Shown here in pieces: positions 48,470 to 57,458 of a DNA stretch of 64,000 nucleotides (its first letter is position 1; every line of letters starts with the position of its first letter). Under the pieces are notes generated by a model, which saw only the letters and a list, made by a program, of their open reading frames with translations, ran no database searches and was not told the DNA's origin. The position numbers and the translations under genes were made by a program. This DNA comes from an uncultured Myxococcales bacterium (lineage in GTDB: Bacteria > Myxococcota_A > UBA9042), in contig CAIYBN010000145.1 in the NCBI GenBank assembly GCA_903924465.1, positions 17,364 to 81,363 of the forward strand. Direction: 5' to 3'.

Positions 48470-49288
48470 ATGGTAACCCTCCCCCAGCGGCGACGCATCG
48501 CGGTTTTTGACTCTGGCGTCGGCGGTCTGACCGTCCTGGGCGCGGTGCATGCCGCCCTGCCGTGGGTCGATCTGCGCTTCCTGGGCGACACGGCGCGGCT
48601 GCCCTACGGCACCAAAAGCGCGGCGACCGTGGAACGCTACGCGCTGCAGGCGTCCAAGAAATTGGTGGAAGTGCCGGTCGACGCGCTGGTCGTCGCGTGC
48701 AATACCGCGTCATCGTGTGCGATTCCTGCGTTGCGCGACGCCTATCCATTTCCGGTCCTCGGCGTGATCGACCCCGGCGCGGAGGCGGCGGTGCGCGCGA
48801 GTCGAACGGGGCACATCGGCGTGTTGGGCACGGAACGCACGATCGCGTCTGGCGCCTATCCGGCAGCAATCGCGATGTTGGACGGCAACGCCCGGGTGCA
48901 TTCGCTGGCCACGCCGCTGTTGGTGAGTCTGGCGGAAGAAGGCTGGTTCGATCACCCGGCGACCGAGGCGACGCTGCTCGCTTACCTCGCGCCGTGGTTG
49001 GCCGATGCCGGCGCGCGCAAAATCGATACGCTCGTGCTGGGTTGCACGCACTATCCCGTCTTCAAGCCGATGCTGAAAAGGGTGCTGGGACGTTTGCTCG
49101 ACCGCGACGTGGCGCTGGTGGATTCAGCTGAACCGATCGCACAGGCGCTCACGCGGATGCTCGGACCCGCGCAGCAGGCGGAAGGCCGCATTGACCTGCT
49201 GGCCACCGACGCCGTGGAGCGGTTCGTGCGGGTGGGTGGCCTGTTCTTTCCGGTGGGCAAGGCCGCCGTCGAACTGGTCGACCTGTAG
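48470..49288 (+). CDS. murI: Glutamate racemase
   Basis: MVTLPQRRRIAVFDSGVGGLTVL...VVACNTASS...LGCTHYP motifs. The preceding 339 aa of the track ORF are antisense to the acidic-protein gene. Confidence 0.9.
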   Translation: MVTLPQRRRIAVFDSGVGGLTVLGAVHAALPWVDLRFLGDTARLPYGTKSAATVERYALQASKKLVEVPVDALVVACNTASSCAIPALRDAYPFPVLGVIDPGAEAAVRASRTGHIGVLGTERTIASGAYPAAIAMLDGNARVHSLATPLLVSLAEEGWFDHPATEATLLAYLAPWLADAGARKIDTLVLGCTHYPVFKPMLKRVLGRLLDRDVALVDSAEPIAQALTRMLGPAQQAEGRIDLLATDAVERFVRVGGLFFPVGKAAVELVDL

Positions 49289-49324
49289 ACTGCTGACAAA
49301 AAGATCAGGTGCGTGACGGGCGTG

Positions 49325-50287
49325 TCAGTGAGCGAGCTTGCCGTCGCTGGCGTATTGCTCAATCAGCTTCTCCGCATCCAGCGCCGCCATGCAGCCCATA
49401 CCAGCCGCGGAAATCGCTTGCCGATAGCGGCTATCCGCCACATCGCCCGCGGCGAAGACGCCTGGGACGCTGGTTTGCGTCAGGCCGTGCAGCTTGACGT
49501 AGCCATTTTCGAACAACTCGATCTGGCCCTGAAAGACGCTTGTGTTGGGCGAATGGCCGATCGCCACGAACACGCCCTGGCAGGCCACTTCGCGCGTCGA
49601 TCCGTCGACCGTTGACTTCAGGCGCGCACCGGTGACGAACTTGCCGTCGCCGTAGACTTCGTCCACCGCGGCGTTCCATTCCACCTTGATCTGTGGGTTG
49701 TTCAAAGCGCGTTCTGACATGATGCGGCTCGCGCGGAAGCTGTCGCGGCGGTGGACGATGGTCACGGTCGGGCAGAAGCGCGTGAGAAAATTGGCTTCTT
49801 CCATCGCGGTGTCGCCGCCGCCGACCACGAGCACATTTTTGCCGCGAAAGAACGCACCGTCGCACGTCGCGCACGCGGAGACACCGCGGTTGAGGTACAC
49901 CTGCTCGCTGGGGATGCCCAACCAGCGGGCGTTGGCGCCGGTGGCGATGATAACCGTCGCCGTTTCCAGCCAGCCGGAATCCGTGCGCAGGCGCAGCGGA
50001 AAACCGGAGAAATCGACTTCCTGAATGACTTCGTCGCGGTGTTCCGAGCCGAATTTTTGCGCCTGAGCCCGGCAACGCTCGACCAATTCCGGGCCGGTGA
50101 CGCCTTCCGGGAAGCCGGGGAAATTCTCGACTTCCGTGGTAATCATCAGTTGGCCGCCGGCCATCATCAGTTCGCCAGAAGGGAGAAATCCGCCTTCGAA
50201 CACGATCGGTTTCAGATCAGCGCGGGCGGTATAAATGGCAGCGGTGAGACCAGCGGGGCCGCCGCCGATGATGACAACTTTGTGCAT
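49325..50287 (-). CDS. trxB: Thioredoxin reductase
   Basis: Start at MHKVVIIGGGPAGLTAAIY. Redox-active CATCDGAFF. NADPH motif VVGGGDTAMEEA. Confidence 0.93.
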   Translation of the reverse strand: MHKVVIIGGGPAGLTAAIYTARADLKPIVFEGGFLPSGELMMAGGQLMITTEVENFPGFPEGVTGPELVERCRAQAQKFGSEHRDEVIQEVDFSGFPLRLRTDSGWLETATVIIATGANARWLGIPSEQVYLNRGVSACATCDGAFFRGKNVLVVGGGDTAMEEANFLTRFCPTVTIVHRRDSFRASRIMSERALNNPQIKVEWNAAVDEVYGDGKFVTGARLKSTVDGSTREVACQGVFVAIGHSPNTSVFQGQIELFENGYVKLHGLTQTSVPGVFAAGDVADSRYRQAISAAGMGCMAALDAEKLIEQYASDGKLAH

Positions 50288-50410
50288 GAAGACCTCGGGA
50301 AACGGCGCGGCAACTGTGGCGCGCGACCGGCTTTCTGGCATGGCAACGCGCACCCGTCAACGACGGCGCGGAATGTCCACGAAAGGACGACAGGTTGCCG
50401 CAGGCAAGGC

Positions 50411-52132
50411 CTACTCAGATGCGACCTGACCCGGAGCCAGCAGGACTTCAAAACGACCGTCGATCGCCGAGAGTGCCGAGCCGAGCAAGTGGCTGTCGAG
50501 CAACACGGTGTCTGACGGGCTGTTGCCGAGCTGGTTGTCGCCACCCGTGCCCGTGCCCAACGGCGTCTGGACCTTGACCGCCAATACGTCGATCTGCACG
50601 CCGAGCAAGGGCAGGCCGGATTGCGTCAGGATTTCGCCGACGAGCACCATCGGCGGCGGCAACACCAGGTGCCACGGATTCGCGGCGGTATCAGCCGTCA
50701 CTTCGTCGATCCGCGCCATCACCCGCGCCAAGGACGTCCCGGGGGACGGTTCCACCCACACCGCGTATTTGCCGGGATCGACCCACACGGCAAAGTTGCC
50801 ATCTGCGTCCGGGCTCGTGGAGAACGTCGCTTCGTCGCCGTCCGTGTCTGAAGGCTCGCCGTCGGATTCCACTTCGCGCAACGTAACCTGGGCATCCGGC
50901 ACACTGCGCGAGGCAAAATCCTTGACCGTCCCTGTCACGCGCACCCGCGACTGCAGGTCGATCTCCTGATCGCCTGGCACGAGCGTCGTCGCGATGAGTT
51001 GCATGCGCGCAGCGATCGCTTTGGGCGGCGGGGTGATGGTCAGGTCGCCCAGAAGCGGCGGCGCGACTACCTGCGCGGAGCCCGTCGCGTCAGTCATGGT
51101 GTTCCAGATGAGATTCAGCCGGGCGAGCGTCACGTCGTCAGGCAAGTCCGTCACCTTCATCACATACCGCACTGCGGCACCCGCGAGCGGTTGCCCGTCG
51201 GGACCGCGAACGTGCAAAACAGTGGTCGCGGCGGGCGGCAACTGTGTCAGATGGATCACCGGCAATTCACTGGCCACGGTCGTCACATCCAGCGGTGCCG
51301 CAACTTCCCCAGACGGCAGGCTCCCCGCCTGATCGGCCGACACCGTCGAATCGGGGCCAAAGACCAACCGGGCGGGCGGCGCGGTCGGATCGACCTTGAA
51401 GCTGTACTGGCCGGTCGCATCAGTCGTGCCGCGCGTCGACCACGCCTGACCCGCATCGTCGCGCAACCACACGCGCAGGCCGACGATCGGCTTGTTGGCG
51501 CCGGCCACGATGCGCCCGGTGAGCGTCTTCAACTCCGACTCGGCCGGCAGGACCAGATTCCACTGGTCGATCGAATCGCCGGCCGTCAGGCTCGAATAGT
51601 GCGGCGGAATATCTTCTGACTGCGGCCAGAACGCCAGCGCGTAGCTCTGCCCCTTTTGCACGCGCAGCTCGTAGCCCTGCGGCGCGTCGGTGCCCGGAAA
51701 CCGCTTCAGCGCGGAGTAGGAGGTCGCCTGGAACATCAAGTCACGGCCCGCCACGGCGCCGGGCGCTGTGACCAACAGGGTGCCGGGGATCGACGCAGAC
51801 AGCAGGTTGCCCTTTTGCGTCACCGTACCGTGAATCACTGCCGGCTCCGTCAGGACCAGCTTGCGCGGCTCGTTCTGGCTGGCACCGGTTAGCGTCACAT
51901 CGAACTGCTCCACGACAAATCCGCTGTCCGCTGGCGGCGAAACGCGAATGATGACGGGCGTATCCGTGACCGTGGCGGCGACGCAAAAACGCGCCTGGTA
52001 GCATCGCAATCCCGCAACGCAGTCGCTGTCCACAAGGCATTCGCCTGCCGGTGCATCGGCTGCGGTACAGCCGCTTACCAGCAGGCCAAACGCGCACGGG
52101 AGCACGCGCGTCAGGAGCCAGATTGGATGCAT
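50411..52132 (-). CDS. Hypothetical lipoprotein with repeated beta-sandwich-like modules
   Basis: Start near MHPIWLLTRVLPCAFGLLVSGC (lipobox). No catalytic motifs recognised. My manual indexing is off by 1 nt relative to the track here. Confidence 0.6.
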   Translation of the reverse strand: MHPIWLLTRVLPCAFGLLVSGCTAADAPAGECLVDSDCVAGLRCYQARFCVAATVTDTPVIIRVSPPADSGFVVEQFDVTLTGASQNEPRKLVLTEPAVIHGTVTQKGNLLSASIPGTLLVTAPGAVAGRDLMFQATSYSALKRFPGTDAPQGYELRVQKGQSYALAFWPQSEDIPPHYSSLTAGDSIDQWNLVLPAESELKTLTGRIVAGANKPIVGLRVWLRDDAGQAWSTRGTTDATGQYSFKVDPTAPPARLVFGPDSTVSADQAGSLPSGEVAAPLDVTTVASELPVIHLTQLPPAATTVLHVRGPDGQPLAGAAVRYVMKVTDLPDDVTLARLNLIWNTMTDATGSAQVVAPPLLGDLTITPPPKAIAARMQLIATTLVPGDQEIDLQSRVRVTGTVKDFASRSVPDAQVTLREVESDGEPSDTDGDEATFSTSPDADGNFAVWVDPGKYAVWVEPSPGTSLARVMARIDEVTADTAANPWHLVLPPPMVLVGEILTQSGLPLLGVQIDVLAVKVQTPLGTGTGGDNQLGNSPSDTVLLDSHLLGSALSAIDGRFEVLLAPGQVASE

Positions 52133-52231
52133 CGACGAATTCACGCGTTCACTTCCTCTCGCCGTCTTGCGCCATCAGGCCATCGGCACCCTACTCATCC
52201 CCGCGCGGCGATCCAGTCCCACCGCACGCCG

Positions 52232-52759
52232 CTACTGCACACAAATGTTCCCCGTGACCTGGATCCGCCATTCGACGGAGTCCCAGACAACGCCGGGCGG
52301 AAAATCGGTGGGCGTCACCGCGCCGCCCAGCTGCACCGCCGAACTGACAACCGCCAGCAGCGTGTGTTCCTTCGCACCCGGATTCCTGAACGTGCACACC
52401 AGGACATCGCAGCTATTCTTGTCCCGGCAGACCGCGGCGATATCGAGAACGGTCTGCGACGCATCCCAGTCATAATACCAGGAATAATGCAGTGTTGACG
52501 GGTCAACGCCTTGGGTGAAAACGCTGTTGACCCGGAACTGGGAGTCAGTGCCCTGGGTCGGGTTGATGACGAGAAACGGCGTGAACTGCTCTGGCGACAC
52601 CTGTTTGATCTGCAAAATGGGCGGCACGGCGGCGGGGGGATCCGCAGTTGGGGGGAGCACAACGCAGCTTGTCATGAACATTGCGGACACCACGTTCAAC
52701 CACCAGCCACGCAGCGACTGCCGCTGCCGAGCACCAGTTGGTGGCTGTGCATGATCCAT
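52232..52759 (-). CDS. Small hypothetical lipoprotein
   Basis: Start chosen at MDHAQPPTGARQRQSLRGWWLNVVSAMFMTSC (n-region, h-region, Cys). Confidence 0.5.
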   Translation of the reverse strand: MDHAQPPTGARQRQSLRGWWLNVVSAMFMTSCVVLPPTADPPAAVPPILQIKQVSPEQFTPFLVINPTQGTDSQFRVNSVFTQGVDPSTLHYSWYYDWDASQTVLDIAAVCRDKNSCDVLVCTFRNPGAKEHTLLAVVSSAVQLGGAVTPTDFPPGVVWDSVEWRIQVTGNICVQ

Positions 52760-52975
52760 GCCAAACGCGTCCGAATTCGCAGTCAGGCAATAGTCAACCC
52801 GCTGACATTTCAGCGCTTGTTCTTGTCTGACGCGAGGTCGATCAGCCATCCAGACCCGTCCGCCATGACGCTTGCCCGTTGCCACGCCTGACACGGTTGT
52901 CACGGCGCGACCGCCTTGCTGGTGAACATCGCCCGCGGTGGTTGCAAGCAGGCTCACGGCCGGAGCGAAAAACGT

Positions 52976-55621
52976 CTACGGTCCTTCAGTCTTGAGTTGT
53001 TCTTCCGCAGCTTTGAGCTGGGCCTTGTAGCCCGCATTGGCCGGATCCAGTTTGATCGCCTTTTGCAGGTACAAGACTTTCAACTTGGCCTTGCTGGCCT
53101 TCTGCGCCAGTGCCGCAAATTTGCTGGCTTCCTGGATCGCCGAACTGCCTTCGTCGGCCGGCTTTTCCACGGGCCGCGCGTCGGGACGAACCGGACGGAC
53201 AACAGGTTCCTTTTCAACCTTCTTGGCGGCCGCCTCCTTGTCCGCCTTCTTGGCAGCGGCGCGCTCCTTGGCGGCGCGCGCTTTGGCCGTTGCGGCCTCC
53301 TTGGCTGCAGCCGCGCGTTCCGCTTTCGCTGCCTGCGCATGCTTGGCCGCGACTTTTTGCGCTTCCTTCCTGTTCTGGGCTTTTTCCTCGCGCTCAGCCG
53401 CAGCGTCCGCTTGTGCCTTGGCCGCTGCCGTCTTGGCTTCGGCGGCCTTGGTCTCCGCGATCGCCGCGTCCACCGCGCGCTGCGCCTGTTCTTTCAGCAA
53501 CAAGGCTGGCGCGTGCCCGGCGTTCAACTTGAGCGCTTCTTGCGCTTTGGCCAGCGCGGTCACCGGGTCTTTCGTCGCCAGCGCAGAATTGCCCTCTGCC
53601 ACCAAGCGTTGCGCTTCCGTTTGCCGCGCAGCATCGACGGGAGGTGGCGACGCAGCGGCCACATCGCCCGTTCGTCCCGCATCCGGCGAAGGTGCGGCAA
53701 GAGCTGGCTGTAGAACCGGAACTGCCACAACAGGCGGAGGTGTCGGAACTGGAATCGCCGCGGGCTCCGGTGCAACATTCGGTGTCGGCGCCGCCGCGGC
53801 AACGACCGGAGTCGGTTCCGCAGCGACAGGTTCCGCCACAGCGGTGGCGTCGGCGGCTGGCGCAACAACCGCTTCCTCAGGTGCGGACGGCGCAGCGGGC
53901 GGGGCGGGCAGATCGGGAAGCGCGGAACGCTGCGACATCCACACCGAGACGCCGATCATGAGTGCGGCAAAGGTGCCAATCGCCAACAAGGCCTTGCGAT
54001 TGAGCTTTTCTTTGGGTGGCGTCGGCGGGACTTGGTCACCCAGATCCGCGACCGAGCTGGGCGAGATCGCATCCTCGTCAAAGAAGGCGCCCTCGGCCAA
54101 TTGCACGGTCAACGATCGCCCGGTGCGTTCCCCGGCTGCTTTCGACGGCTCCGCCGCCGGCTGGTTCACAATGACACGCGGACTGCCCTGGGAGACCGGA
54201 CGCTTCGGCGGTGCTGTGTTGGCGCGCGGCGGACCTGGCGAAAGCGGTGAAAGTGGGCTCAAGGCAACCGGTGCGTCATCCACGGCCTGAGCTGCAGGCG
54301 GCGAAAGGTTGGACACCGGACGCGGCACACCAAGCAAGGTCGGCAGGCTATTCGGCGTCAGCCCGGCGAGCGCTGAACCACCCGTCTTCTGATCCGCGAG
54401 ATTGGCTTCCGCCAGCGCCGCGGCAATGCCAATGCCGGCCACCGTCTGCCGTTCGCGACGTTCCCGGCGCCGGCGCCCCTGTCGCGCCGCTCCGCCTTCT
54501 GCACCGTCCGCGCCCTCATCGTCTTCTTCCGACTCGCCATCCGACGGCACGGGGCCATCCGGCAACGAAGCCAGCGCCGCTGCGTCCGTCGGTGCCTCAC
54601 CTGAGCCAGCACTGGCTGTGGAAGCGACCGCGGCTGCCAGCGCTGCCGCAACGTCGGTGCCCTCAAACTTCATGGTCTCGCGCAGATCGGCCGCATCATT
54701 CGCCGGTGCTGTCGGCGCTTGAACCGGTGTCGGCTGGACGATCGGCGCTGCGGCGACGGCCGCGGACTGCTCCAGCACATCGGGCGCCTTCTGCGCCGCC
54801 AGCGCTTCGACGGCAGTGCGCCAGGACGCGGGCGCCGGGCGCTTGGCCGGATCCTTGTCGAGCGCCTCTGCGAGAGCCGCCTGGAGGTCCTTGACGCCTT
54901 GCAGAGCGGGCTTGACCAGATCCAAGCGCAGTGGCTTTTCGACCGCCTGACGCTTCAGCGCCATCAGGGGTTGGTTCGACGGAAACGGCGGTTTGCCGGC
55001 CGCCAGCGCCCAAACCGTGGTGGCTGCGCCATAGACGTCGGCCGTCTCGCTCGCTGGCTGGCCTTTGCACAGCTCGGCGGCCAGGTATTCCGGATTGCCA
55101 TAGAACAGGTCGGCGCTCGCGCTGGTCTGGTACGCGGGCAGCAACCGCCACCAGCCCACACCAAAGAGTTGGGGCGCACCTGTCGCCAAGGCGCCCGTCG
55201 CGAGCCACACGCGGTTGGGCGAGATGTCAAGATGCTGTTTGCCTTGCGCACCCAGCGCGTCGACGGCACGTGTCAACGCCACGGCCAAGCGCAGCAGCTG
55301 CGGCAAGTCCAAGCGATCACGACGCTTCAGGACAACTTCCAGCGTCGCTGCCTCAGCCGTCAGCCCTGCGGCATCGGTGGCAAGCCAGGCACCTTCCGCA
55401 CCGCGGCCGAACGCGTAGGTCGCCAGCACGTGGGGTCCGGGCTGCTGATCCGCCACGATCGCCTGCAGCGTCGCGTCGTCCGCCCGCGTCCCCGAGGCGA
55501 GCAAAAGCAGCAATGCTGGCGCACCGCGTTCGTCGTCGCGGGTCCAAAACAAGGTGCCAAGCTTGCCCTCTTCGAGAGTGGCATGCACTGTGAATCGTTG
55601 GGCAATCTGCCGATCTGTCAT
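52976..55621 (-). CDS. Membrane-anchored Ser/Thr-kinase-like pseudokinase with Pro/Ala-rich linkers and C-terminal TPR domain (881 aa)
   Basis: N-terminal kinase-like fold (LEEGKLGTLFWTRDDERG; HLDISPNRVWL; QLFGVGWW) lacks the VAIK lysine, the HRD arginine/lysine and the DFG aspartate. Central TM helix (ALLAIGTFAALMIGVSVWM). C-terminal TPR-like repeats and Ala/Lys-rich coiled region. GGAGG RBS. Confidence 0.75.
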   Translation of the reverse strand: MTDRQIAQRFTVHATLEEGKLGTLFWTRDDERGAPALLLLLASGTRADDATLQAIVADQQPGPHVLATYAFGRGAEGAWLATDAAGLTAEAATLEVVLKRRDRLDLPQLLRLAVALTRAVDALGAQGKQHLDISPNRVWLATGALATGAPQLFGVGWWRLLPAYQTSASADLFYGNPEYLAAELCKGQPASETADVYGAATTVWALAAGKPPFPSNQPLMALKRQAVEKPLRLDLVKPALQGVKDLQAALAEALDKDPAKRPAPASWRTAVEALAAQKAPDVLEQSAAVAAAPIVQPTPVQAPTAPANDAADLRETMKFEGTDVAAALAAAVASTASAGSGEAPTDAAALASLPDGPVPSDGESEEDDEGADGAEGGAARQGRRRRERRERQTVAGIGIAAALAEANLADQKTGGSALAGLTPNSLPTLLGVPRPVSNLSPPAAQAVDDAPVALSPLSPLSPGPPRANTAPPKRPVSQGSPRVIVNQPAAEPSKAAGERTGRSLTVQLAEGAFFDEDAISPSSVADLGDQVPPTPPKEKLNRKALLAIGTFAALMIGVSVWMSQRSALPDLPAPPAAPSAPEEAVVAPAADATAVAEPVAAEPTPVVAAAAPTPNVAPEPAAIPVPTPPPVVAVPVLQPALAAPSPDAGRTGDVAAASPPPVDAARQTEAQRLVAEGNSALATKDPVTALAKAQEALKLNAGHAPALLLKEQAQRAVDAAIAETKAAEAKTAAAKAQADAAAEREEKAQNRKEAQKVAAKHAQAAKAERAAAAKEAATAKARAAKERAAAKKADKEAAAKKVEKEPVVRPVRPDARPVEKPADEGSSAIQEASKFAALAQKASKAKLKVLYLQKAIKLDPANAGYKAQLKAAEEQLKTEGP

Positions 55622-55726
55622 GCGACAGGTCCTCCAGAAGTAACCGGCGCCGGGCCAATCAGTGGCTCGGGCACGCTATCATAGGGGCGCACTGCAAGAA
55701 ACGGCAAGCAAACGCGCAGTTCTTGA

Positions 55727-56146
55727 TTAGGCAGTCCGTTGACCATCCGCCGTGAACGGAAAATGCGAGAGGCCGACACGGTTGCCTTCCGGATCGTGAA
55801 CGTAGATCGTCCAAGCCGATTCGAATACTACCGGAACTTCCTGATGCGTCAGCCATTTGAGCCACGTGTCGCGATTTTGCCACGCAATTTCCAGCGCCAG
55901 CAGGTGCAAACCCGGCTCGTCGGACTGCCATTCGTCCGGGACCGGCGTCAGTGCACACCGCTCCAGGGCAATCACGGAGTTGCCCGATCGCAGCCAAACC
56001 GAACGATCGGTTCCGTCCTCAGCGGGCCAGCGGCGCTCCACGTGCAAGCGCAGCACCTTCTCGTAGAAACGCGCCATGGCCGGCAGGTCAAAGCACTGGA
56101 CGGCGAGATGGTGAATGCCAAATGGAGAAATCGGCGGAACGGCCAT
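55727..56146 (-). CDS. VOC (glyoxalase/bleomycin-resistance fold) family protein
   Basis: Start at MAVPPISPFGIHHLAVQCFDLPAMARFYEKVL (AGGAG RBS). The track's 289-aa ORF has an unsupported N-terminal extension. Confidence 0.7.
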   Translation of the reverse strand: MAVPPISPFGIHHLAVQCFDLPAMARFYEKVLRLHVERRWPAEDGTDRSVWLRSGNSVIALERCALTPVPDEWQSDEPGLHLLALEIAWQNRDTWLKWLTHQEVPVVFESAWTIYVHDPEGNRVGLSHFPFTADGQRTA

Positions 56147-56284
56147 GGGCGGACTCCTGAAGGACAGCGGGGTAACGCGCAGGAAGCGCGGGAAACGGTG
56201 AGCTTGCTCGACACGGAAGCGGTGCTGGGCTAAGGTAACTTGGACCTTGGGCGGGCGCAAACGCAAGTCCGCGCGGATGACAAC

Positions 56285-56788
56285 ATGCAAAATCGCACTT
56301 TTTCGATCAGTCGGCTTGCACGACGCGGCCTGTTGGCGGTGTTCACCCTCGGTTTGCTCTCGGTCGCGGCCTGTGGCAGCCACGAGTTCGACGACGTGCG
56401 CCAGTATAAGCTGTTCCTGGAGGGTGCCAAGCCGGCGCTGACCGGGATGAACAAGGCACGCGAAGACCTGTACCAAGTCAACGACCCCGAGCAGATGCTG
56501 CCGCTCTTTCGCGACAGCCTGTTGCCGCGTGTGGAAGAGTTGAGCAAGGCCGCCAACGAAGAGAAAGTGCCCAACGGCAAGCTGGGCGACATCCACCAGG
56601 GCCTGCAGACGACACTCAGTCGCTATGCCGAGAGCACCAAGAAGCTGGTGGAACGCCTGAAATCGGCCAAGGAAGATGAGCGCGAACAGGCGATCGTCGC
56701 TTGGGGCGAAGACGACCAGAAGTTTGGCAAGTCCATGAGCGGATTGGTGAACGATCTGTCGACGTATCTCAGCGAACTGAAGAAATAG
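56285..56788 (+). CDS. Hypothetical lipoprotein
   Basis: MQNRTFSISRLARRGLLAVFTLGLLSVAAC (lipobox), helical, 168 aa. Confidence 0.6.
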   Translation: MQNRTFSISRLARRGLLAVFTLGLLSVAACGSHEFDDVRQYKLFLEGAKPALTGMNKAREDLYQVNDPEQMLPLFRDSLLPRVEELSKAANEEKVPNGKLGDIHQGLQTTLSRYAESTKKLVERLKSAKEDEREQAIVAWGEDDQKFGKSMSGLVNDLSTYLSELKK

Positions 56789-56802
56789 CGCCGCTTTCCG
56801 CG

Positions 56803-57444
56803 CTAGCGACGACGACGACGGCGACGATGGCCGTTGCCGCCTTGTCCCTGCCCGTCTTCCGCGCCATTCTCCTGATCCCGCACCGTCTCCGCGACGATCG
56901 CCTTGGGCGCAATCACCAGCCGCCGCCGCTCTGGCGCCCCGTGGTGCAACAGCGTCAGCCCCGGCGTGCGCGAAAGCTGCGCTGTCAGGAACCGCAAATC
57001 GCCCTGACCCAGCGGGCCGATCGCCAGCGATTTGCCCAGCAACTTGCTCTTCTCCGCCAGCGCTTGCGCAACCTTGTCCAGGCCTTCCGGACGGCGGCGA
57101 CGGAACCCATCGGTATCCAGCGACAGCCGCGTGCGGTCCAGTGAAGTCCGGTTGATCGCCTTGTTCAGGATGAACTGCATCGATTCCAGCACCCGCGTGT
57201 CGCCCTGCGGCTGCAACGCCGGATCCAGATCGGATAGCTGCACGATGACCTGATCCTCATCCGCGCGACATTCCACGGTGGGCATCTTGGCGCCGAGCAA
57301 CTCAAAAAGCCGCTGCGCAGTCGCCTGGGCGATCGCGACCTTCTCGGTCAGTGACACGTGTTGCTTGGGCGTGCTGCTTTCCTCGGACGCATCGTCTTCG
57401 GCAACAGCGGGCGCTTCAGTCGCAGTCAATTCCTGCTCGGACAT
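56803..57444 (-). CDS. jag: Jag/KhpB-type RNA-binding protein (Jag-N, KH, R3H)
   Basis: 213 aa downstream of yidC. C-terminal R3H-like region and Arg-rich tail. Canonical position. Confidence 0.8.
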   Translation of the reverse strand: MSEQELTATEAPAVAEDDASEESSTPKQHVSLTEKVAIAQATAQRLFELLGAKMPTVECRADEDQVIVQLSDLDPALQPQGDTRVLESMQFILNKAINRTSLDRTRLSLDTDGFRRRRPEGLDKVAQALAEKSKLLGKSLAIGPLGQGDLRFLTAQLSRTPGLTLLHHGAPERRRLVIAPKAIVAETVRDQENGAEDGQGQGGNGHRRRRRRR

Positions 57445-57458
57445 GTTTTCCTCTTTCT

